From an uncultured Pelagibacteraceae bacterium (GTDB lineage Bacteria; Pseudomonadota; Alphaproteobacteria; Pelagibacterales; AG-422-B15), in contig CABZEU010000004.1 of the NCBI GenBank assembly GCA_902524795.1, positions 7,380 to 71,379 of the forward strand: 64,000 nt of DNA. The letters run 5' to 3'. The position numbers were made by a program, and so were the translations under genes. Below, piece after piece: positions 55,645 to 64,000 of this stretch. Below the pieces are notes generated by a model that saw nothing but the letters and a program-made list of their open reading frames with translations, was not told the origin of the DNA and ran no database searches. The first letter of the stretch is position 1. Each line of letters opens with the position of its first letter.

Positions 55645-57243
55645 CTAACTAAGGACCGCAGCCTTTTCTTTCATCAATTTGTACTCAACACTATCAATCA
55701 GTGCTCTAAAGGAGGCTTCAATAATATTTTCTGAAACACCAATTGTGTACCAACTCTTTTTATCTTTATCAGAACTTTCAATTGATACTCTGGTAATCGC
55801 ATCAGTTCCTGTGTTTAAAATTCTTACTTTATAGTCGATAAGTGATAAATCCTTGATCAATTCAGCATAACCACTTGATTGAAAATTATTCCTTAAAGCA
55901 TTGTCTAATGCATTAACTGGTCCTACACCTTGTCCAGTACCTATAAGTTCTTCTTTACCAAATTTTAATTTTACCTCGGCATCTGATATTGTTTTACCTT
56001 CACCACCTGAATTTTTTACGTTCACATTAAAATTGACAACTTCAAAATAAGTTGGCATTTCAGCAATGACCTTTTTCACTAAAATTTCAAATGAAGCATC
56101 AGCACCATCGTATGAATATCCAATAAATTCACGTTCTTTCACTCGATCGAGAATTTTTTGTATGGTTTGATCATCGTTATTAATCTGAATCCCAGTGGAT
56201 TTTAATCGTGCAAGAATATTTGATTTTCCTGATTGTTCTGAAATGATGATTTGGCGATGATTGCCCACTAACTCAGGATCGATATGTTCATAAGTTTTAG
56301 GGTCTTTGTTTACTGCTGAGACGTGCAATCCTCCCTTATGCGCAAATGCTGCTGAGCCTACATAAGGTGCTGTTCTATTGGGTACACGATTTAATATTTC
56401 ATCTAAAAGTCTTGAAAGTTCGGTTAACTGACCAAGATTTTTAGTATCAATGGATAGATTAAATTTATCGATATATTCATCCTTCAAAGCAAAAGTAGGG
56501 AGAAGAGTGATTAAATTAGCATTTCCGCATCGTTCACCAAGTCCATTAATCGTACCTTGTACTTGTCTGACCCCAGCATGAACTGCGGCTAATGAATTTG
56601 CTACAGCATTTCCGGTATCATTATGTGCGTGAATACCAAGTTGGTCGCCAGGAATATCCTTCACAACTTCTGAAACAATCTGTTCTACTTCATGAGGTAA
56701 TGTGCCTCCGTTGGTATCACAAAGAACCATCCACCTTGCTCCATTGTCTTGTGCTGCTTTTAAGCACTTTATCGCATATTGAGGATTAGCTTTGTAGCCA
56801 TCAAAGAAATGTTCAGCATCAAAATGAACTTCCTTCTTGCTGCTTGATAAAAAGTTAACAGACTCCCCAATATTTACTAAGTTTTCCTCATTGGAAATTC
56901 CTAACGCTAAATCTACATGGAAATCCCAAGACTTACCCACTACGCAAGCTGATGGGGCACTTACGTTAATCATGGCAGCTAAACCAGGATCATTTTCAGC
57001 ACTCCTTCCTGTCTTTTTGGTCATGCCAAAAGCCGTAAATGTAGAATTTTTAAATTCCATTTCTTCAGCGAAAAATTGTGTATCAGTTTCATTTGCACCA
57101 GGCCATCCACCCTCAATATAATCGACGCCTAAGGCATCAAGCTTTGATGCGAGAATTTTTTTCTCATCTACATTAAAATCAACGCCGTAAGTTTGTGCTC
57201 CGTCTCTCAGTGTCGTATCAAATATAAATAACTTTTCTTTCAT
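55645..57243 (-). CDS. cimA: Citramalate synthase (DRE-TIM family)
   Basis: DTTLRDGAQ, IEGGWPGAN, DAEHFFDG, HAHND, FAHKGGLH, LIDYKVRIL. Confidence 0.88.
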   Translation of the reverse strand: MKEKLFIFDTTLRDGAQTYGVDFNVDEKKILASKLDALGVDYIEGGWPGANETDTQFFAEEMEFKNSTFTAFGMTKKTGRSAENDPGLAAMINVSAPSACVVGKSWDFHVDLALGISNEENLVNIGESVNFLSSSKKEVHFDAEHFFDGYKANPQYAIKCLKAAQDNGARWMVLCDTNGGTLPHEVEQIVSEVVKDIPGDQLGIHAHNDTGNAVANSLAAVHAGVRQVQGTINGLGERCGNANLITLLPTFALKDEYIDKFNLSIDTKNLGQLTELSRLLDEILNRVPNRTAPYVGSAAFAHKGGLHVSAVNKDPKTYEHIDPELVGNHRQIIISEQSGKSNILARLKSTGIQINNDDQTIQKILDRVKEREFIGYSYDGADASFEILVKKVIAEMPTYFEVVNFNVNVKNSGGEGKTISDAEVKLKFGKEELIGTGQGVGPVNALDNALRNNFQSSGYAELIKDLSLIDYKVRILNTGTDAITRVSIESSDKDKKSWYTIGVSENIIEASFRALIDSVEYKLMKEKAAVLS

Positions 57244-58608
57244 TTACTTTGTTTTCCATATGGTTTTTGCACCTTTATCTTCTAGTAATATTCCTAAATT
57301 TTCCAACTCATCTCTAATTCTGTCAGCTTCAGCAAAATCTTTATTTGCTCTTGCGGTATTTCTTTGAGCAATCAATGACTCAATCTTATTTTGATCTACG
57401 CTTATATTTTCTTTACCCCATGATAGCCATTGGGAAGGTTCATCATTCATCAATCCAAGAAATTGAGCCGAAATTAAAAATTTATTTAATGAGTCATGAT
57501 CATTACTTTTACAATTTTTGAATAATTTATGCAATTCAGCTATTGCCTTAGGCGTATTCATGTCATCATTTAATGCGTTCATTACATTTTCATCAATCTT
57601 CTTGCTTAAGTCAGGCTTAAAATCAACTTCAGAAAAATATTGGTACCACTTATCTAGTGTTTTTTTACTCTCTTGCAGATTATCATTTGTCCAATTCAAT
57701 GGCTGGCGATAATGAGTAAGTATCATGGTAAATCTAATAACCTCTCCTTGATATTTTTCTTTAAGTTCATTCACAGTTACAAAATTTCCATCAGATTTTG
57801 CCATTTTATTTCCTTCGACAGTGACAAAGCCATTATGAACCCAATAATTTGCAAATTTTTCTCCGTTTGCACACTCACTTTGAGCGATTTCATTTTCGTG
57901 ATGTGGGAAAATTAAATCTTGCCCACCGCCATGAATATCAAATGTTTTACCTAATAATTTTTCACTCATTGCTGAACACTCTATATGCCATCCAGGCCTT
58001 CCCTTGCCCCATGGACTGTCCCATCCAGGCTCGTTATCTTTAGAAGGCTTCCATAGTATAAAATCTGATGCCTCTTGCTTATAGCTTTCAACATCAACTC
58101 TTGATCCAGCAATCATTTCTTCAAGGTTTTTTCCTGATAATGATCCGTATTTAGGAAATTTAGTAGATGAAAAAAGAACATTACTCTTTGCAACATAGGC
58201 GTAATTTTTTTCAATTAAAGTCTCAATAATATTGATCATTTCAGCTATGTGATCTGTTGCTCTGGGCTCAAAAGAGGGTTCCATTGCTCCTATATATTTC
58301 GCATCAGCGTGAAAATAATTAATGGTTCTTGAAGTTAATTCATTGATGTCTTCATTGTTTTCTTGAGAGGCATTTATAATCTTATCATCAACGTCTGTTA
58401 TATTTCTCACGTATGTTACATGCTCAGTACCGTAGAAGTTTTGAAGAATTCGAAATAAAATATCAAAAACAATGACAGGTCTTGCATTTCCTACGTGTGG
58501 ATAGTCGTATACTGTGGGACCACAAACATACATTCTGATATTTTTTGGATCAATTGGTTCAAACTTTTTTTTTGAGTTTGAGAATGTGTCGTATAAATTC
58601 AGTGACAT
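57244..58608 (-). CDS. cysS: Cysteine--tRNA ligase
   Basis: MYVCGPTVY, HVGN, PGWHIECSAM, DLIFPHHENE, KMAKS. Confidence 0.97.
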   Translation of the reverse strand: MSLNLYDTFSNSKKKFEPIDPKNIRMYVCGPTVYDYPHVGNARPVIVFDILFRILQNFYGTEHVTYVRNITDVDDKIINASQENNEDINELTSRTINYFHADAKYIGAMEPSFEPRATDHIAEMINIIETLIEKNYAYVAKSNVLFSSTKFPKYGSLSGKNLEEMIAGSRVDVESYKQEASDFILWKPSKDNEPGWDSPWGKGRPGWHIECSAMSEKLLGKTFDIHGGGQDLIFPHHENEIAQSECANGEKFANYWVHNGFVTVEGNKMAKSDGNFVTVNELKEKYQGEVIRFTMILTHYRQPLNWTNDNLQESKKTLDKWYQYFSEVDFKPDLSKKIDENVMNALNDDMNTPKAIAELHKLFKNCKSNDHDSLNKFLISAQFLGLMNDEPSQWLSWGKENISVDQNKIESLIAQRNTARANKDFAEADRIRDELENLGILLEDKGAKTIWKTK

Positions 58609-59937
58609 TTATAACTCCACTCTTTCTATGATCTTTTCTCTGCCCAGCAATTGAATAAGTAGTTTCATTTCAGGGCCATGATTAAGTCCTGTAAAGGCTT
58701 CTCTAAGAGGCAAGAACAATTCTTTTCCTTTTCTGCCAGTTTTTTCTTTTATGGCCGAAGTCCATTGTCCCCACGTTTCATCATTCCATGGATCATCAGG
58801 GATCAATTCCATTGCAATCTTAATATAATCTTTATCAGAAGGCTTAATGGTTTCACTATTAAATACAATATCTGTCCATTGTTTTATATCTTCAACAACA
58901 TTCAGATTGCCTCTGATTGTTTCCCAAAACTTTTGATCAATTTTTTCATCAATCTTTTTTAATCTCTCTTCGATCTCGCTAAAATTGTATTTTTGAACCT
59001 GTTTTTTATTGAGAGCATTCAATACATCAATTTCAATTCGACCAGGTGACGTTGAAATTGTACTCAAATTAAATTCACTTTTTATTTGATCTATATTGTC
59101 TTTTAATTCAATTGAATTAGACGTGCCGATGGTCGCCAATAAACTTAGTATTGATATGGGCTCCATATTCGCCTCCCTGAAACTACTAATGGATATGACA
59201 TTGTCTCGTTTTGACAATTTATCTCCACTTGACGCTTTTAGTAAGCCGTGATGGGCAAAGGTTATTTTATTTTGATCCAACGCTTTAATAATTTCTACTT
59301 GAACAGCCGTATTGCTCGTATGATCATCTCCTCTAATGACGTTGGTTATACCGTAGTCAATATCATCTACAGCCGAACTAAAAGTATATAAAGGAACGCC
59401 GTCCTCTCTAAACAAAACAGGATCAGACAAACTAGTGAGGTCTATATCTATTTCACCTTTAAGTAAATCATCCCATTTCATACGTTCAGTTTTTAATAAG
59501 AATCTCCAGTGGGGTTTTCTTCCTTCTGCTTCGTAGTCTTTCTTTTGTTGGTCTGTTAATTCCATTGCAGACCGGTCGTACACTTGCTTACCACCAGCTG
59601 CGATGCGCAATTTTCTTTTTCTTTCAAGTTCTTCGGGTGTTTCATAGCAAGGGTAAATTCTGCCATCAGCTTTTAATTTCTCGAATTGCTCCCTGTATCT
59701 GTCAAAACGATACGATTGATTAAACGTTTCATCATAATCAATGCCCAGCCAATCAAGATCATATTTGATCTGAGATATATATTCATCTTTTGATCGTTCT
59801 AAATCAGTATCATCAATTCTTAAAATGAATTTCCCATTGTTGGTACGTGCATACAGCCAATTAATTAATGCTGTTCTAATGTTTCCAAGATGCAATAAAC
59901 CTGTTGGACTTGGTGCAAACCTTGTTACTGTTGTCAT
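58609..59937 (-). CDS. gltX: Glutamate--tRNA ligase
   Basis: RFAPSPTGLLHLGN, LRIDDTD, IRGDDH, KLSKR. Confidence 0.93.
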   Translation of the reverse strand: MTTVTRFAPSPTGLLHLGNIRTALINWLYARTNNGKFILRIDDTDLERSKDEYISQIKYDLDWLGIDYDETFNQSYRFDRYREQFEKLKADGRIYPCYETPEELERKRKLRIAAGGKQVYDRSAMELTDQQKKDYEAEGRKPHWRFLLKTERMKWDDLLKGEIDIDLTSLSDPVLFREDGVPLYTFSSAVDDIDYGITNVIRGDDHTSNTAVQVEIIKALDQNKITFAHHGLLKASSGDKLSKRDNVISISSFREANMEPISILSLLATIGTSNSIELKDNIDQIKSEFNLSTISTSPGRIEIDVLNALNKKQVQKYNFSEIEERLKKIDEKIDQKFWETIRGNLNVVEDIKQWTDIVFNSETIKPSDKDYIKIAMELIPDDPWNDETWGQWTSAIKEKTGRKGKELFLPLREAFTGLNHGPEMKLLIQLLGREKIIERVEL

Positions 59938-61584
59938 TTAATTTTCCATATCTCTAAATGCATTCGTGATCGGATATCTTCTGTCATAGCCAAAATTTCT
60001 TTCAGAAATCTTCACGCCTGGCGCTGCTTGTCTTCTTTTATATTCTGAATTGTAGAGTAGATTTTGAATTCTTTTAACTAATTCTTTATCAAATCCTTGA
60101 TCTACAATCTCTTTTACTGAACTTTCTTTTTCAACAAGATGGTACAATACTTTATCCAATACATCATAGGGTGGAAGTGAGTCGCTGTCTTTCTGATCTT
60201 CTTTTAATTCAGCTGTAGGTTCCTTGGTTATAATATTATTTGGTATAATCTCATTTTTATCGAGCAACGATAAAGAGGGCTTATTTTTGTTTCTCCATTC
60301 TGACAATTTAAATAGGTCAGTTTTATAAATGTCTTTAACAACAGAGAACCCTCCACACATATCTCCATAGAGTGTCGAATAACCAACAGATACCTCTGAT
60401 TTATTGCCGTTTGTGATAACCATATGGCCAAATTTGTTTGAATAGGCCATCAAAATCGCTCCTCTTGTTCGCGATTGAATGTTTTCCTCAGTGATATCTT
60501 TTTCTGTTCCAGAAAAAAGATCATTAAGTGTGTTGTCGTAGGAATTGACAATGTCATTGATAGAAATGTTCATAAGTTCAATACCTAAATTGTTGCCTAG
60601 TTCTGATGCATCAGTGTTGCTCTCAATACTCGTATATTTTGAGGGCATTAAGATACCTTTTACTCTTGAAGGACCAAGTGCATCAGTGGCAACAGCTGCA
60701 CTAAAAGCACTATCAATTCCTCCTGATATTCCCAATACAACGCCTGGAAAATTATTCTTTTCAACGTAATCTCTTAGACCCAAGATTAAACTAGAGTAAA
60801 TGACATCATTCATATCTGTATGATCAGAAAACGTATCTTCTATTAAAAATTTATGGTCTCTATCAAATAAAAATTCCTTAGACTCTGACTGACAGTACTT
60901 AAGTTTGTAGACAACTTTTTCCTGATCATTCAGAAATGAGCTTCCATCAAAGACTATTTCATCCTGACCTCCTACTTGATTAACATAGATGAGAGGTGCA
61001 GCAATAGATTTTGAAAATTCGATAGCTTTCTTTTCTCGTTCATTAATTTTATTGGTATCAAAAGGAGACGCGTTGAGAGAAACAGCAAGATCAATTTGTT
61101 GTTCACCAATTTCAGTGATGGTTTGATTTACCCAAATATCTTCACAAATAAATATCCCCAGATTAATACCTTTAAAATCTATAACGCTTACTTTTTCACC
61201 ATTTGAAAATATTCTCTTTTCATCAAATACTCCATAGTTTGGGAGTGCCATCTTGTAATGCTTATGTAAGATCTTTCCATCATGAATGACTACTGCAGCA
61301 TTAAATAAATTACCTTCATCTAACCAAGGTGTGCCTAGTACAACAGTTGGGTGTTTCCCTTTTGATAGATTGACAATCTCATCAACCGCTTCATGAACTT
61401 TTTTCATAAAAGCAGGTTTCAAAATTAAATCCTCTGGTGGGTAACCAGTTAACATTAGCTCTGAAAATAAAATTAGATCAGAATTATTATTTTGTAAGTG
61501 GTCAATAACGATCTGTTTGTTGAATGCAATATTCCCAACAACTGGGTTTGATTGAACTACTAATAATGAAATTTTTTCTGCCAT
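59938..61584 (-). CDS. nadE: Glutamine-dependent NAD+ synthetase
   Basis: Nitrilase-like domain (GYPPED, LPNYGVFDE, ICED) plus SGGIDS, ENIQSR, GNKSE, TAELK. Confidence 0.95.
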   Translation of the reverse strand: MAEKISLLVVQSNPVVGNIAFNKQIVIDHLQNNNSDLILFSELMLTGYPPEDLILKPAFMKKVHEAVDEIVNLSKGKHPTVVLGTPWLDEGNLFNAAVVIHDGKILHKHYKMALPNYGVFDEKRIFSNGEKVSVIDFKGINLGIFICEDIWVNQTITEIGEQQIDLAVSLNASPFDTNKINEREKKAIEFSKSIAAPLIYVNQVGGQDEIVFDGSSFLNDQEKVVYKLKYCQSESKEFLFDRDHKFLIEDTFSDHTDMNDVIYSSLILGLRDYVEKNNFPGVVLGISGGIDSAFSAAVATDALGPSRVKGILMPSKYTSIESNTDASELGNNLGIELMNISINDIVNSYDNTLNDLFSGTEKDITEENIQSRTRGAILMAYSNKFGHMVITNGNKSEVSVGYSTLYGDMCGGFSVVKDIYKTDLFKLSEWRNKNKPSLSLLDKNEIIPNNIITKEPTAELKEDQKDSDSLPPYDVLDKVLYHLVEKESSVKEIVDQGFDKELVKRIQNLLYNSEYKRRQAAPGVKISERNFGYDRRYPITNAFRDMEN

Positions 61585-61619
61585 TTGATTGATATTACAA
61601 CTAATTAATTTAGTCGCGA

Positions 61620-62999
61620 TTACTTGGCAATTATAATTTTTGACTTGTGAGGTTCTTGAGATTCTCTGAGCTTATCAGATATTAAGAAGGCAAGTTCTAA
61701 TGCCTGGTTTGCGTTAAGTCTAGGGTCACAATGAGTATGGTATCTAGCAGATAAATCTTCATCTTTTATCGCTTGAGCACCGCCAATGCACTCAGTCACG
61801 TTTTGCCCCGTCATCTCCAAATGCACTCCACCAGGATATGTTCCTAAAGAGTGATGAATATCAAAAAATGACTCAACTTCTTGAATAACCCTCTCGAAAG
61901 GTCTGGTCTTAAAGCCAGAATTAGCTTTCATAGTATTACCATGCATTGGGTCGCATGACCAAACGAGGTTGTAATCTGAGTTAGCAAAAGGTCCAATTAG
62001 TTTGGGCAACTTCTCTTCAACATTATCAACCCCAAATCTACAAATGAGGGTAATTTTACCAGCTTCATTTTCGGGATTTAATACATCGATCAATTTCTTT
62101 AATTCATCAGGATCTAAAGTTGGACCACACTTAATTCCAATAGGGTTTTTAATGCCCCTACAAAATTCTACGTGGGCTCCATCAAGTTGTCTTGTCCTGT
62201 CACCTATCCACACCATGTGAGCGGATGTATCGTACACTTCACCAGTCGTACTATCTGTACGTGTTAAACATTCCTCATATGGTAAAAGGAGTGCTTCATG
62301 ACTTGTAAAAAAATCAACATTTCTTAATCTTTTCGTATTGCCAGATGAGATACCAATGGCATCCATAAAAGATAATGTATCTGATATTTTGTCAGCTAAA
62401 TCTCTGAATTTTTTTCCTTGAGGACTCTCATCAACAAAACCCATATTCCATTGGTGAACTTTATTAAGGTCAGAAAAACCACCCTTTGCAAAAGCTCGCA
62501 ATAAATTGAGAGTTGCTGCTGATTGAGTGTATGCTCTGATCATTCTTTGAGGATCAGGCACTCTTGAAGACTCAGTAAACTCCATATCATTAATGATATC
62601 GCCTTTATAACTTTCTAACTCAACTCCATCAATTTCTTCTTTAGGTGAACTTCTTGGTTTAGCAAATTGTCCTGCCATTCTTCCAACTTTAACAACGGGA
62701 CAATTGCCTGCTGCTGTAAGTGTCACTGACATTTGTAAAAGAACTTTGAAAGTATCTCTTATGTAATCAGCATTGAAGTCGTCAAAACTTTCTGCACAAT
62801 CTCCACCTTGTAATAGAAACGCTTTTCCTTCTGAGACTTTAGCAAGATGTCTTTTTAAATCTCTTGCTTCCCCTGCAAAAACTAGAGGTGGATATGTTTT
62901 AAGTTGGCTTTCGGTTTTTTCTAACTCTAATTTGTCGGGATATTTAGGAATATGTTTTGCCTTATATCCTCTCCAACTATTTACTGTCCATTTACTCAT
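61620..62999 (-). CDS. Class II DAHP synthase
   Basis: [46 protein letters not shown]. Confidence 0.95.
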   Translation of the reverse strand: MSKWTVNSWRGYKAKHIPKYPDKLELEKTESQLKTYPPLVFAGEARDLKRHLAKVSEGKAFLLQGGDCAESFDDFNADYIRDTFKVLLQMSVTLTAAGNCPVVKVGRMAGQFAKPRSSPKEEIDGVELESYKGDIINDMEFTESSRVPDPQRMIRAYTQSAATLNLLRAFAKGGFSDLNKVHQWNMGFVDESPQGKKFRDLADKISDTLSFMDAIGISSGNTKRLRNVDFFTSHEALLLPYEECLTRTDSTTGEVYDTSAHMVWIGDRTRQLDGAHVEFCRGIKNPIGIKCGPTLDPDELKKLIDVLNPENEAGKITLICRFGVDNVEEKLPKLIGPFANSDYNLVWSCDPMHGNTMKANSGFKTRPFERVIQEVESFFDIHHSLGTYPGGVHLEMTGQNVTECIGGAQAIKDEDLSARYHTHCDPRLNANQALELAFLISDKLRESQEPHKSKIIIAK

Positions 63000-63095
63000 T
63001 TTTAAAAACTCTATATTTTTCAGCCTTATAGTACCAAATAATCTAAATTACTAGAGTCTTAGCTAAATATATTGATTTTATTAGATAAATTTGAT

Positions 63096-63779
63096 TTACC
63101 CAACAGGTGAGTTGATTTGTTCTATACCTTTGCTAATTTTAGGCAACACGTCTTCCTGATCAAGTTTCTTAGTTTGGTCATATTGAGGATGTGCCAAAGT
63201 TGCTAAATCTTTTGCTTTAGCTAGGGCGACATCATAAAAACTTTCAGGACTTGCAACTTCATCAATATATCCTGGTTCAATAGAATCTTTTATTGAATAC
63301 ATTTCAGCATTAAGAAGTGCCCTTTGCTTGTGTGATTTTGTTAATTTAAATTTTGCAATTTCTAAAATAGGTGTTGGCACAATCATATTGTTTCTTAATT
63401 CATTTGCCCCAACCTTGAAGTCACCTTCACAGCCAACACGGTAATCACTGCTGCATAAAAGAAAGGCCCCGAGGGCAATAGCGTGTCCACTACATGCAGC
63501 AACTACAGGACGAGGAAATGAAAAAACTCTTTTCAACATTAAGAAGCCAGATTTTACCATAGCGGTAGCATTTTCAGGACTCGACATCATAACCTTTAAA
63601 TCAAATCCAGCTGAAAACATACCAGGTCTTCCTGTAATTAAAACTGAACCCTTATTAGTAGGTATTTGATCCATAATTTTTTCAAAATTCTGAATCATCT
63701 CTGGTGAAAAAACATTTACTTTACCATCATCCATATGAATGATTGATACATCACCTTCTGTTTTGAGAGTTACTATCAT
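63096..63779 (-). CDS. Crotonase / enoyl-CoA hydratase family protein
   Basis: DDGKVN, FSAGFDL, PVVAACSGHAIALG. Confidence 0.88.
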   Translation of the reverse strand: MIVTLKTEGDVSIIHMDDGKVNVFSPEMIQNFEKIMDQIPTNKGSVLITGRPGMFSAGFDLKVMMSSPENATAMVKSGFLMLKRVFSFPRPVVAACSGHAIALGAFLLCSSDYRVGCEGDFKVGANELRNNMIVPTPILEIAKFKLTKSHKQRALLNAEMYSIKDSIEPGYIDEVASPESFYDVALAKAKDLATLAHPQYDQTKKLDQEDVLPKISKGIEQINSPVG

Positions 63780-63784
63780 GGAAC

Positions 63785-64000
63785 TTATACTAATTTATTT
63801 TTAAAAAACATATAGTATAAAAAAGAGACTATTATTGATAGACCAATAACAATTGGGCCAAATAATTCAAATTGAGTAAAGGTTGCAATTCCGGTTAGTC
63901 CAATCATTGCTAATTCAATATGACTTTTAAGAAAACTCTCTTTGAATGCAGCAGAAATAATCAAAATATTTATTGGTAAATAGAGAATTATACCCGTAAT
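63785..64000 (-). CDS. C-terminal part of a membrane protein, truncated by window edge (possibly HXXEE family)
   Basis: Open frame from 64000: ITGIILYLPINILIISAAFKE...LYYMFFKNKLV*; several hydrophobic segments. Confidence 0.55.
   Translation of the reverse strand: MTGIILYLPINILIISAAFKESFLKSHIELAMIGLTGIATFTQFELFGPIVIGLSIIVSFLYYMFFKNKLV

Overview
AT-rich, very gene-dense window from a streamlined marine alphaproteobacterium. A SAR11-like or HIMB59/AEGEAN-169-type lineage is inferred from gene order, the F1Fo zeta inhibitor, proteorhodopsin and the tiny intergenic spacers; this is not proven. Bases ~1.5-34.9 kb form one uninterrupted minus-strand run: tRNA-Tyr, tRNA-Gly, tuf, tRNA-Trp, secE-nusG-rplKAJL-rpoBC, rpsL-rpsG-fusA (no tuf copy here), the S10/spc/alpha ribosomal clusters, a pseudouridine synthase and pccBA. 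The more variable region (35-45 kb) has four parts: (i) a 782-bp integrase-less micro-island, bounded by tRNA-Thr(TGT) and a 53-bp copy of its 3' end, carrying one orphan PD-(D/E)xK nuclease-like gene; (ii) fatty-acid-hydroxylase family, NAD-dependent formate dehydrogenase, class II aldolase and glpK genes; (iii) a passenger-less inverse-autotransporter barrel paired with a secreted six-Cys protein beside tRNA-Leu; (iv) a blue-tuned proteorhodopsin. The rest is housekeeping: sfsA, map, purB/C/S/Q/L, grxD, rpsD, trmJ, cimA, cysS, gltX, nadE and a class II DAHP synthase. No rRNA, CRISPR array, integrase or transposase was seen. All family assignments come from motif recognition by eye, not from database searches.
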